This document shows, piece after piece, positions 8,813-18,143 of a stretch of 64,000 nt of DNA. Within the stretch, counting starts at the first letter, position 1, and every line of letters begins with the position of its first letter. Source of the stretch: an uncultured Candidatus Rokubacteria bacterium (lineage in GTDB: Bacteria > Methylomirabilota > Methylomirabilia > Rokubacteriales > DASRDR01); assembly GCA_963749975.1 (NCBI GenBank), contig CAVVOZ010000014.1:961-64960 (forward strand), read 5' to 3'. The notes below the pieces were generated by a model. It made no database searches and was not told where the DNA came from. It saw only the letters and a list, made by a program, of their open reading frames with translations. Position numbers and translations under genes: made by a program.

Positions 8813-11510
8813 CCTCCGGCCGAACCTCCGGAGGCTCCGCCGCCAGTGGGAGGGAGAATCGGAACAGGGCTCCACCTCCCGCGCGGGTTTCCGCGGTGAT
8901 CCGCCCCCCGTGCGCCTCCACGACTCCGCGCGCGATTGCGAGACCGAGGCCTGCACCGCTCCGCGTCCCGGCTGCGTGGCCCCGGTAGAACTTCTCGAAG
9001 ACGAGCGCTTCTTCGCCGGGTGCGAACCCCGGCCCGCGATCCGCGACGGCCACGCGTACCTCGCGATCCTCGGCGGAGGCCGAGATCTCGATCGGGCTCC
9101 CCGCGGGCGTGTACTTGATGGCATTGTCCAGGATGTTGATGAGCACCTGCTCGATGAGCAGGGGATCGAGCGGCACCAGCGGCAGGTCGGGGGCCAGCTG
9201 GATGTCGATGCGACGATCGCCGAGGCGTTTCTCCAGGCGGGCCAGTGCGCTGCCGACCACCTCTTCCAGGGGTTCCCAGTCCTTGTGCACGCGGATGCCG
9301 CCGGACTCGAGACGCGTCATCTCGAGGAGGTTCTGCACCAGGCGGTTCAGGCGATCGGCCTCCTCCTGAATCGCCTGCGCGAGCTCGCGTCTCGCAGCCG
9401 CGTCGAGCTCAGCCCCCTGCTCCACGAGCGCGCTCGCCGATCCGGTGATGGTGGCCAGGGGCGTGCGGAGGTCGTGGGACACGGCGCTGAGCAGGGAATT
9501 CCGGAGCCGCTCCGTCTCGGACCGGATGCTGGCCTGCTGGGCCTCGTCCACCAGCGCCACGCGCTCGATGGCGAGGGCGGTCTGAGCGGCGAAGGTCTCG
9601 AGGAGGTGCAGCTGCTCCGGCGTCGCCGGGGTCGTCTCACCTGACGGCGGCTCGATTCCGAGCACTCCCACCGTGCCGCGCGCCGCCGTCAGCGGGAGGT
9701 ACAGCGCCCGGGCGCCCGGGAGGGTGGCGCTGCCGCGACCCGCCATTTGGCTGTGTTCCTGCACCCACCGGGCGACGCCGAGCTCGCTGGCGTCGCTGGA
9801 CCCCGCGGTGAGCTCGCCCGCACGGCGGACAAGCTGGCCGTCCGGGCCGGGGAGGAACACCGCCACCCGGCTCCCGAACACTTCCGCGATGTGGCGCGTC
9901 GCCGCCCGCAGCAGCTCGTCCAGGCCCTGCTCGCTGACCAGATCGCGGGTCATCGAGTAGAGAGCGGCGGTCCGGCGCTCACGCTGGCGCGAGGCCTCCG
10001 CCTGCGCCCGGACACGCGTGGTGAGCGTGCTGATCACGATCGCCACGACCAGCATGACCGCGAACGTGATGAAGTACTGGGTGTCGGATACCGCGAAGGT
10101 CAGGTAGGGCGCGACGAAGAAGAAGTCGAAGGCCGCCACGCTGAGGATCGACACCAGGATGGAAGGCCCCCGCCCGAGGCGCCAGGCCGCCAGCACGGTG
10201 CCCAGGAGGTACACCATGATGAGATTGGCGGGCGCGAAGCGGGGGAACATGAGCGAGGCCACCCCGGTGCAGACCGCCACGACCCCGGCGGCCTTGGCGT
10301 AGCCAGTCCAGTCTACGGGCGGCGCGGGGCGTTCCGTCGGAGGGGGCTGCGGCCCCTCGCGCTCGCCGGTGATGACATTGACGTCGATGTCGCCGCTCTG
10401 GCGCACGAGGTCGTTGACCACCGAGCCGAACAGGAGCTCTCGCCAGCGGGGGCGCGCAGGCTTCCCGAGGACGATCCGGGTGACGTTCCGGCGGCGCGCG
10501 TACGTGAGGACCTCCGCGGCGACGTCGTGCCCCGACAGCGTGGCCGTCTCCGCGCCGAGCTGCTCGGCCAGGCGGAGGGTCTGAACGATGCGGTCCCGGT
10601 CCGCGGCCGAGAGGCGAGCGGTGGCCGGCGTCTCCACGTTGACGACCACCCACTCGGCCCGCAATCCGGCGGCCATCCGCCGAGCGGCCCGCACGACGCG
10701 CGCGGCGAAGGGGCTCGGGCTGACGCAGACCAGGATGCGCTCGGCCACTGGCCACACGCCGGGGACGGCGTGATCGCGGCGGTAGGTCTCCATCTGGGCG
10801 TCCACGCGGGCCGCCGTGGTCCGGAGCGCCAGCTCCCGGAGTGCGATGAGATTGCCCTTCCGGAAGAACCGCCGGACGGCTTCACCGGCCTGCTCGGGAA
10901 CGTAGACCTTCCCGTCCCGCAGGCGCTGGATCAGATCGTCCGGAGGCAGGTCCACCAGCTCGACCTCGGCCGCCTCTTCCAGGATCGAGTCCGGGACCGT
11001 CTCCCGCGTGGGCACCTCGGTCACGCGCGCGACGACGTCGTTCAGGCTCTCGAGATGCTGGACGTTCAGGGTCGTGTAGACGTCGATCCCCGCGGCGAGA
11101 AGCTCCGTGACGTCCTGCCAGCGTTTGGCGTGGCGGGAGCCGGGGGCGTTCGTGTGCGCCAGCTCGTCGACGAGGATGAGGGCCGGGCGGCGGGCGAGGG
11201 CAGCATCGAGGTCGAACTCGCGGAGCGTCGTGCCACGGTACTCGACCGTGCGCGGCGGCAACCGCTCGAGTCCGGGAAGGAGCGCCTCCGTCTCGGCTCG
11301 GCCGTGCGTCTCGACCCAGCCGATGGCCACGTCGACGCCGGCGGCCTGCTGAGCGCGCGCGGCCTCCAGCATCGCGTAGGTCTTGCCGACGCCGGCGGCG
11401 GCCCCGAAGAAGACCTTGAGCTTTCCACGACTCTGGCGGGCCTCTTCCTCCCGGACTCGTGCCAGAAGCGCGTCGGGGTCCGGGCGAGGATCCAGGTGGG
11501 GGTCCTTCAC
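8805..11510 (-). CDS. kdpD: K+ sensor histidine kinase KdpD
   Basis: GAAAGVGKTYAML, DELAHTN, USP domain, DUF4118 TMs, GAF, SHDLRTPL, NAIKY, GLGL. Confidence 0.97.
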   Translation of the reverse strand: MKDPHLDPRPDPDALLARVREEEARQSRGKLKVFFGAAAGVGKTYAMLEAARAQQAAGVDVAIGWVETHGRAETEALLPGLERLPPRTVEYRGTTLREFDLDAALARRPALILVDELAHTNAPGSRHAKRWQDVTELLAAGIDVYTTLNVQHLESLNDVVARVTEVPTRETVPDSILEEAAEVELVDLPPDDLIQRLRDGKVYVPEQAGEAVRRFFRKGNLIALRELALRTTAARVDAQMETYRRDHAVPGVWPVAERILVCVSPSPFAARVVRAARRMAAGLRAEWVVVNVETPATARLSAADRDRIVQTLRLAEQLGAETATLSGHDVAAEVLTYARRRNVTRIVLGKPARPRWRELLFGSVVNDLVRQSGDIDVNVITGEREGPQPPPTERPAPPVDWTGYAKAAGVVAVCTGVASLMFPRFAPANLIMVYLLGTVLAAWRLGRGPSILVSILSVAAFDFFFVAPYLTFAVSDTQYFITFAVMLVVAIVISTLTTRVRAQAEASRQRERRTAALYSMTRDLVSEQGLDELLRAATRHIAEVFGSRVAVFLPGPDGQLVRRAGELTAGSSDASELGVARWVQEHSQMAGRGSATLPGARALYLPLTAARGTVGVLGIEPPSGETTPATPEQLHLLETFAAQTALAIERVALVDEAQQASIRSETERLRNSLLSAVSHDLRTPLATITGSASALVEQGAELDAAARRELAQAIQEEADRLNRLVQNLLEMTRLESGGIRVHKDWEPLEEVVGSALARLEKRLGDRRIDIQLAPDLPLVPLDPLLIEQVLINILDNAIKYTPAGSPIEISASAEDREVRVAVADRGPGFAPGEEALVFEKFYRGHAAGTRSGAGLGLAIARGVVEAHGGRITAETRAGGGALFRFSLPLAAEPPEVRPEDG

Positions 11511-13438
11511 GCCTGCAGTCTAGCCGACGAGGTCTCGCGCGGCTCACGTGTTGCGGACGCGACGGGTGGCCCGGGACTGTCGCCGTCGGTCCCCCGGGCT
11601 CTCACCGCAAGGTGATAGGGCACATCGATCACGATGACTCCCCGGCGGAACAGCATGGCGCCCTTGATCAGCAAGGCCGTCTGGTTGTGGAGGAGCTGCT
11701 GCCACCAGCGGACGGGCACGAACTCGGGCAGGACGATGGTGATCAGCGTGTCCGGAGCCTCCTGCTGGAGGCGGTCCACGTACTCGAGCAGCGGGCCGAT
11801 CACGGAGCGATAGGGTGATCGAAGGACCACGAGAGGCATGCTGCTCGCCCACTTGGCCCAGCGCTGCTCCAGCCTGCGCCTACTCTCGGCGTCGACCTCG
11901 ATGTAGACCGCTTGCGCGCTCGGGGACATGGCCCGGGCGTACCGGACCGCTCCCAGTACGCCGCGGTGGACGTCGCCGACCAGGACGAGGACGTGATGAG
12001 GTTCGGGAGGCAGCTCCTGTGATTCCAATCCCTCGAGGGACAGCTGACCCGCGACGTCGTCGTAGTGTCGACGGATGGTCACGAGGAGGAGCACCAGCAG
12101 CGGGATGAGCAGGATCACGAGCCAGGCACCATGCGTGAACTTGGTCGTGGCGATGATCAGCGCGACGATGCCGGTCGTCACCGCGCCCGCGCCGTTCAGC
12201 ACGGCCCGCATCGGCCAGCGAGGCCCTCGCTCACGAAACCAGAAGCGCACCATTCCGAGTTGGGAGAGCGTGAAGGACACGAAGACGCCGATGGCGTAGA
12301 GCGGGATCAGTGCATGTGTCTCCGCGCGGAACACGACGAGCAAGAGGGCGCTGAGGACGGCCAGGATGATGATGCCGTTCGAGAATGCCAGTCGATCCCC
12401 CCGGCTGGAGAACTGACGTGGCATGAACCGGTCGCGAGCCATGAACGACGAGAGCCGCGGGAAGTCCGCGAAGCTGGTGTTCGCCGCGATGACCAGGATC
12501 AGCGTGGTCAGGGCCTGTACGAGGTAGTAGAGGACGCTGCCTCCGCCGAACACACGGCGAGCCAGCTGTGAGTTGACGGTCTCATGGCCGGTCGGCGTCA
12601 GGCCGAAGCCGTTCGCGAGGAACGTGATCCCGACGAACAGTCCGATCAGCACGGCTCCGAGTAGCACGAGTACCTGCCGGGCGTTCTGGGCCTCCGGCGG
12701 TCGGAAGGCTGGTACCCCGTTCGAAACGGCCTCGATCCCCGTGAGAGCGACGCAACCGGACGCGAAGGCACGGAGGATCAGGAACAGCGTCAGCTCCTGG
12801 GCACCGGTCTCGGGGAGCATCCCTGGCGCGGCAAGCTCACTCCCCGAGCCCGCTCGCGCCCAGACGACGGCACCCCAGCCGATCATGAGGACGTAGGACG
12901 CGATGAACGCGTACGTCGGGATGGCGAACAGGCGCCCGGATTCGCGGACGCCGCGCAGGTTCGCGACCGTGATCCCGAGCACCCCGAGGACGCAGAGCTC
13001 GACCCGATACGGATAGAGGGTCGGTAGGGCGGACGTGACGGCGGCGATCCCCGCGGCGACGCTCACCGAGACGGTGAGCACGTAATCCGTCAGCAAGGCC
13101 GCACCCGCAACGAGACTGGGGTACGTGCCGAGGTTCTCCCGACTGACGATGTAGGCGCCGCCCGCGCTCGGGTAGGCGAGGATCGTCTGTCGGTAGGAGC
13201 TCACCACGATGGCTATGAGTACCGCGATGCCCAGCGAGATCGGCATCCCGACGTGGAGCGCCCCGGTGCCGGCCAGCGCGAGGATGAGGAGGATCTCCTC
13301 CGTGGCGTACGCACTCGACGAGAGAGCGTCCGAGGCGAACACGGCCAGGCCGGTCGCTCGCCCAAGCCGCTCGTGCATCTCGTGCGACGTGGGAATCGGT
13401 CGACCGAGAACGGCGCGTTTGAGGGTCTGCATCGACAC
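11507..13438 (-). CDS. APC-family KimA/YdaO-like K+ transporter
   Basis: SDALSSSAYATEE, GGAYIVS, TGIEAVSNGV, NTSFADFP, SPYRS, PEF..LHNQ. Confidence 0.9.
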   Translation of the reverse strand: MSMQTLKRAVLGRPIPTSHEMHERLGRATGLAVFASDALSSSAYATEEILLILALAGTGALHVGMPISLGIAVLIAIVVSSYRQTILAYPSAGGAYIVSRENLGTYPSLVAGAALLTDYVLTVSVSVAAGIAAVTSALPTLYPYRVELCVLGVLGITVANLRGVRESGRLFAIPTYAFIASYVLMIGWGAVVWARAGSGSELAAPGMLPETGAQELTLFLILRAFASGCVALTGIEAVSNGVPAFRPPEAQNARQVLVLLGAVLIGLFVGITFLANGFGLTPTGHETVNSQLARRVFGGGSVLYYLVQALTTLILVIAANTSFADFPRLSSFMARDRFMPRQFSSRGDRLAFSNGIIILAVLSALLLVVFRAETHALIPLYAIGVFVSFTLSQLGMVRFWFRERGPRWPMRAVLNGAGAVTTGIVALIIATTKFTHGAWLVILLIPLLVLLLVTIRRHYDDVAGQLSLEGLESQELPPEPHHVLVLVGDVHRGVLGAVRYARAMSPSAQAVYIEVDAESRRRLEQRWAKWASSMPLVVLRSPYRSVIGPLLEYVDRLQQEAPDTLITIVLPEFVPVRWWQQLLHNQTALLIKGAMLFRRGVIVIDVPYHLAVRARGTDGDSPGPPVASATREPRETSSARLQA

Positions 13439-13450
13439 GGGCGGGCTACC

Positions 13451-14245
13451 TCACGAGACCCGCGCGGTGAAGGTCGGGCTGGACCGAATGGCCAGTCTGA
13501 GCATTGCCGCCGCCACGACCAGCGCGCGCTGCTCGTCTCCGCTGAGCCCCTCCTCGTCGCCTTCCCAGAGGTCGAGCCAGAGGGGCTCCGGGTCCCCCGC
13601 GAGGCGAAGCCGTCCGCCGCCTTCGGGTAGCCGGAAGCCACGTCGACCGAGCCGATGGTCCCGCTCGTTGCCGAGCAGAGTGCGTGGATCCAGGGCGGTT
13701 GTCGGTGTCGGCCGGGTGGCGTAGTCCGCCGGCGCGGCGGCGACCACCCGATCGTCGGCGCGCCGGAGCACGAGGGCCTCGAGCCGAAACGCACGCCGGA
13801 GATCCTCGAGCACCACGTCCAGCGACGCTCCCGGCGTCAAGCTCGCGGCGAGCCGCTCGAGCGCGTCGATGTCGTCGCGCGCCCGACCGAGCATCTCGGA
13901 CGAGCGCGCCCGGCGACGCCCGAATGCGGCGGCGATCAGCCCGGCGACGGCCAGCACGACGAAGGCGACGATGTCGTCCGGCCGGTCGATGGTGAGCGTC
14001 AAGTAGGGCTCGGTCAGGAAGAAGTTGAGGCTGAGCGCGGACACGACGGCCGTCGCGAGCCCGGCGGTGCGCCCGCCGACCTCCGCCACGACGATTGTCA
14101 GCACCAGGAAGCCGAAGGCGAGGTTCGACGCCGACGTGAGCGTCCGGAAGGGAATCAGGACCACCCCGAGCACGATTGCGCCAAGGGGGCCGATCGCGAT
14201 CCACACGGACTCGGAGTCCTGACGAGCCATGTTGCGCGACTCCAC
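13451..14245 (-). CDS. Stand-alone DUF4118 (KdpD-type 4-TM) protein with a short cytoplasmic domain
   Basis: SALSLNFFLTEPYLTLTI parallels KdpD AAFDFFFVAPYLTF; no kinase domain. The start may be ATG a few codons in (MARQD). Confidence 0.85.
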   Translation of the reverse strand: MESRNMARQDSESVWIAIGPLGAIVLGVVLIPFRTLTSASNLAFGFLVLTIVVAEVGGRTAGLATAVVSALSLNFFLTEPYLTLTIDRPDDIVAFVVLAVAGLIAAAFGRRRARSSEMLGRARDDIDALERLAASLTPGASLDVVLEDLRRAFRLEALVLRRADDRVVAAAPADYATRPTPTTALDPRTLLGNERDHRLGRRGFRLPEGGGRLRLAGDPEPLWLDLWEGDEEGLSGDEQRALVVAAAMLRLAIRSSPTFTARVS

Positions 14246-14444
14246 GCTGCGCGGGTCACCGGGGCCCGTTCAGCCTCGTAGCATGCCCTTCGTGTTCACG
14301 CGCCTGCCAACGCCGGGACAGGCGTCTTCTTGAGTCTTGCATGGGTAGGTGCCCGACGTACGTAGACCACCCGGGTCATGCGCGGACGGTGTGTGAACGC
14401 CGTGCCCCCCGATCGGGACCAGCCCGCACGAGAAGATAGGCTAG

Positions 14445-14522
14445 ATGGCAGGCCGTGTCGAGATCGAACGCGCGCAGGGTCGTATCGCGGTACTGGACCG
14501 TGTCCGGCCTTCCTTCGTTCAT
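14445..14522 (-). pseudogene. Short KdpD N-terminal remnant
   Basis: TVQYRDTTLRAFDLDTA vs KdpD TVEYRGTTLREFDLDAA. Confidence 0.6.
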
Positions 14523-14659
14523 CGTTTCCGTCACCGGTGTCACTTTCGACGCCCTAGCCTACGCTGGCCCACTTGCGAACGGCAAGGAACCGGCCAGGCA
14601 GGTGCGGCGGGCTGGTCTTCGGACGTGGGCCGTGGAGACACTCGAACCCCGGCGGCCGC

Positions 14660-14745
14660 TGCGGTGGCCGTGCCTCCTACCATCGCGAGCACGACGAGAC
14701 CCAGGGTGTCGTCGAGGACGGCGGCGCCGTGGACGAGCCGCGAGA
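14660..14745 (-). pseudogene. CPA2 (NapA/Kef-like) antiporter remnant
   Basis: GAAVLDDTLGLVVLAMV (14678-14728) matches the NapA-type GAAVIDDxLG ion-binding motif; no full ORF. Confidence 0.55.
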
Positions 14746-15192
14746 GCGGCCGCGACGAAGACGTGGACGAGCGGGGGCTTGGGCTGAATCAGCCCACGCG
14801 GACGCCAAGCCCCCGAGGACGGCGGGCGTCACTGCCCATGCCGAATCTGGTTTGGCGTCCAGTCGTCATGGGTGCACCAACAACACCGGGGTTGGCTCCC
14901 GGCCTATCCCGGAGGCCCGAGGATCATCAGCCCGGGACAAACAGCGCGTCGGCGGATGGGGTACTACCCTCGGTCACGGCCGCGCGTCACTGCAGGGCAA
15001 GGTCGGCCACGAACGCAGAGCCGCGATCGGAAAGCTCGAGCGGCCTGCCGTCGTCGGTGCGCGCTTCGACCGGTGGCGGGGCGAAGAGCCGCGACATCCG
15101 AGCCGAACGCCTGCCGTGCTCGGGCATGGCGCCCAGTAGGGCGTCCGGGCAGCCTTGGCGTCGTCGGAGGTCAAGGCTGCCCGGACCGGTGA

Positions 15193-15366
15193 TCATCCCT
15201 GGTCGCTCTTCCTGATGAAGCGGTGTCCGTTCTCGCACGCCCGCCACTGTGGGCGGACACGCCTGGACGGGGCCCCGCAGCAGCTGCACGGCACACTCGG
15301 CTCGAATCCGTTTCCCGCCTTCGGCGCTGCAGCCTTCACTGCCCTCTCGGCCGGCTTCTTGCCCAT
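15193..15366 (-). CDS. 57-aa putative zinc-ribbon microprotein
   Basis: RBS GGAGGTG; MGKKPAERAVKAAAPKAGNGFEPSVPCSCCGAPSRRVRPQWRACENGHRFIRKSDQG (CxxC..CxxxH). Confidence 0.55.
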   Translation of the reverse strand: MGKKPAERAVKAAAPKAGNGFEPSVPCSCCGAPSRRVRPQWRACENGHRFIRKSDQG

Positions 15367-15508
15367 TGCTCACCTCCGGGTGCTGCGATCGACGCAGTTG
15401 CCTGCCATCCTGCGGTTCGTCGGTGTCCGCATTGCAGGCGGCACGCGCTCGCCCTGTAAGTTGTAGCGCGCGCGACGTCAAACTGGCGTCAATCCGGAGG
15501 AGGGAGGC

Positions 15509-15524
15509 GTAAAGAAGCGGTCAA
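15509..15524 (-). promoter_or_regulatory. Putative KdpE box
   Basis: TTGAC-cgcttc-TTTAC, two half-sites with 11-bp spacing as in the E. coli KdpE site. Confidence 0.5.
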
Positions 15525-18025
15525 GATGTGTCGAGAAGGTTCCGGGCGTCCTGCGCGGCGCCGCGTCTCTGACTCTCTTGCTCCAGCACCGTGCGGATGG
15601 CCGGCTGGGTGTCCATCGCGACCCGCAGGTCATCGCGATGCAGTCTGTAGAGTGTGCACGGGGTGACGGCTGTGACCGTCGCGTTGCGCAGCTGACGGGC
15701 GCTCAGCAGCGCCGTCTCGCCAAAGAACTCGCCAGCCTTCAGGGTGGCTAGGTCCCGCGATGCACCCTGCTCTTCGCGCGATATCCGGACCACGCCGTGG
15801 GCGATGAAGTACATGTGGTCGCCGGCCTCTCCCTGCTGGATGATCACCTGACCCTCGGGAACGAGCTGCAGCTGCATGCGGACCGCGATGTTGGCCAGAT
15901 CTGCCGGCGCAATGTCCTGAAACCAGGGCATCCGCTGTACCAGCGCGACCGGCTCCAGCTTGAGCTTCGAGACATCGTGCCCTTGCAGGCTGCACAGCTC
16001 GTCGGCGATGACACTGGTCAGGCGCTCCGCGACGGGCGGGGGAAGGGTCCCGTGCTCGGCCTGCTGCGCGATGGCGTCGGCCTCGGCGCCGAGCAGCACT
16101 CGCCGCGCGAGGCGCTCCTGCATGTCGGTGATCCAGTCCGGATAGCGCTCGGCAATCTGATCCAGGGTGTGCTGGGCCCTGTCGTATCGCTGCTGGTACC
16201 GGCGGCGCAGGCCGTCTACCACGGCCGCCGGGGTGGCGGCGATGCGGCCCAGGGTGTCGAGCATGTCGAGCACGCGCCGGCTGCTGTGGTGCCGGGCCGC
16301 CGTCACCTCGTAGTCCAGCGCGACGCGGTGCCAGTGCAGCCGCTCCTCCAGGGGCGCCAGCCCGCCGATGCGGTGAATCCAGCTCAGCATCTTGTCTTGC
16401 AGGTGCCGGAGGGTGGAGCGGCGGTGGTCCACTTCCTGGAACCGCCCGTAGCGGACCGCGTCGACCTGGAGCTCGAGCGCCTGGAGCAGGTGCCTGAGGG
16501 CGCGCTCGCTCAGGTGGCCGCGGTCGAAGAGGTCGACGTAGAAGGATTTCTCTTCGGCGAGGGCGCGCAGCGCGAGGAGGGCGAGCTGCCTGTCATCGTC
16601 GACCAGCTCCGTGGCGTAGAGGCTCTCGATTGCCGCCGTGATGCCGTCGAGCTGCTTCGTGTATTGACGCTCCAGGCGCATCGTGACGGGGGCCGAGCAC
16701 AGATCGCTGGCACGCAACTCCGGCAAGCGCTCCACGGCGCGACGCTTGGCGGCGAAATCTCCTTCCAGTCCCGCCAGGCGGTCGGCTATCAGCGGGCGGT
16801 CCAGCCCCAGCCGGCGCACCAGCGGCTCGATGGTGAGCCCCTGGGCGAGGAGCGTGAACAGGACCGCTCCCATCGTCAGGGTGACGAAGAGGTCACGGTG
16901 CTGGAATGGCGGCAGGCTCAAGACGATCGCGAGGGCAATGGCGCCCCGTAGCCCGCCCCAGAAGATGACCGCGCGGTATGCGCCCGGCATCGGCTCGGCG
17001 CCCGGCAGCCGCTGCACGAGCGGCATGAGCCCGTAGATCACGGCGCCGCGCGAGATCAGCAAGGCCACGACCACCCAGAACAACACGCCCAGGGTTGCCT
17101 GCAGGGGGGATGGCTCCACCCGCAGCCCCACCAGGAGAAAGATCAAGGCGTTGGCGACGAAGGCGACGTACTCCCAGAAGCTCTCAAGGTAATGGCGCAC
17201 GGCACGCGAGATCTTCATCCGGCCCCAGCCGCCGATGGTCAGGCCGGCCGCGATCGTGGCCATGACGCCGCTGACGTGCAGGACCTCCTCCGCAACCAGG
17301 TACGACACGTAGGCGAGCACGGTCGTCAGCGTGATCTCGATGAAGCGATCCTCCACCTTGCCGAGCGCGTAGCCGGTGAGTAGGCCCAGGAGCCAGCCCA
17401 CGGCGAGCCCACCCACGAACATGACCACGAAGTCGACGGCGCCTTGAAGGATCAGCCTGCCCGACACGGTGCCGGCGAGGACCACCCCGAGCAACAGCCG
17501 CGCGAGCACGATCGACGTGGCGTCGTTGAACAGGCTCTCCCCCTCCACCAGCACCCGGAGTCGCTGCGGCGCACCGAGCCGTCCGAAGAGAGCGACCACT
17601 GCGACCGGATCGGTGGCGCTGAGAATGGCGCCCAGTAGGAGGGCCGCTGCGATGGGAATCGGCGTCGTCAGCGCGACTACCAGTCCGATGACCAGGGTGG
17701 ACAGCAGCAGCCCGGGTCCGGCCAGGACGAGCACGGAGCCGAGGTTCTCGCGCAGCTGTCGAGCGTCGAGGTTGAACGCCGCTTCGAAGGTGAGCGTCGG
17801 CAGAAAGACGTAGAAGATCAGCGCCGAAGAGAGCTCGAGGTCCCGCGGCACTCCCAGCACGTGGGGATAGGCCCGCGCCACCGCGCCCATGGCGATGCCG
17901 ATCAGGACGAGCACGACAGTAAAGGGAAGCTTCAGATAGCGGGTCACCGCCCGCGTCACCGTGGCGATCAGGAGCAGGGTGACGACGGCGCCAACGACGG
18001 CAGCGGTGTAGGACGTCGAGTGCAT
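15521..18025 (-). CDS. CPA1 (NhaP/NHE) cation/H+ antiporter with C-terminal cyclic-nucleotide-binding domain
   Basis: ATDPVAV, EGESLFNDAT, GGLRGA, helical linker, then IIQQGEAGDHMYFI..GEFFGETALL..RNATV. Confidence 0.92.
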   Translation of the reverse strand: MHSTSYTAAVVGAVVTLLLIATVTRAVTRYLKLPFTVVLVLIGIAMGAVARAYPHVLGVPRDLELSSALIFYVFLPTLTFEAAFNLDARQLRENLGSVLVLAGPGLLLSTLVIGLVVALTTPIPIAAALLLGAILSATDPVAVVALFGRLGAPQRLRVLVEGESLFNDATSIVLARLLLGVVLAGTVSGRLILQGAVDFVVMFVGGLAVGWLLGLLTGYALGKVEDRFIEITLTTVLAYVSYLVAEEVLHVSGVMATIAAGLTIGGWGRMKISRAVRHYLESFWEYVAFVANALIFLLVGLRVEPSPLQATLGVLFWVVVALLISRGAVIYGLMPLVQRLPGAEPMPGAYRAVIFWGGLRGAIALAIVLSLPPFQHRDLFVTLTMGAVLFTLLAQGLTIEPLVRRLGLDRPLIADRLAGLEGDFAAKRRAVERLPELRASDLCSAPVTMRLERQYTKQLDGITAAIESLYATELVDDDRQLALLALRALAEEKSFYVDLFDRGHLSERALRHLLQALELQVDAVRYGRFQEVDHRRSTLRHLQDKMLSWIHRIGGLAPLEERLHWHRVALDYEVTAARHHSSRRVLDMLDTLGRIAATPAAVVDGLRRRYQQRYDRAQHTLDQIAERYPDWITDMQERLARRVLLGAEADAIAQQAEHGTLPPPVAERLTSVIADELCSLQGHDVSKLKLEPVALVQRMPWFQDIAPADLANIAVRMQLQLVPEGQVIIQQGEAGDHMYFIAHGVVRISREEQGASRDLATLKAGEFFGETALLSARQLRNATVTAVTPCTLYRLHRDDLRVAMDTQPAIRTVLEQESQRRGAAQDARNLLDTS

Positions 18026-18143
18026 GGTCGTGAATGGTTCAGAGTCGGGTGTGCGGAGTCACGGCAAGCTGCGCCCCGATGGGCGACCGATTGGCGGGGG
18101 CGAGGCAAAGGCCCATATTGGGCCCACGGACGACACGAATCCT

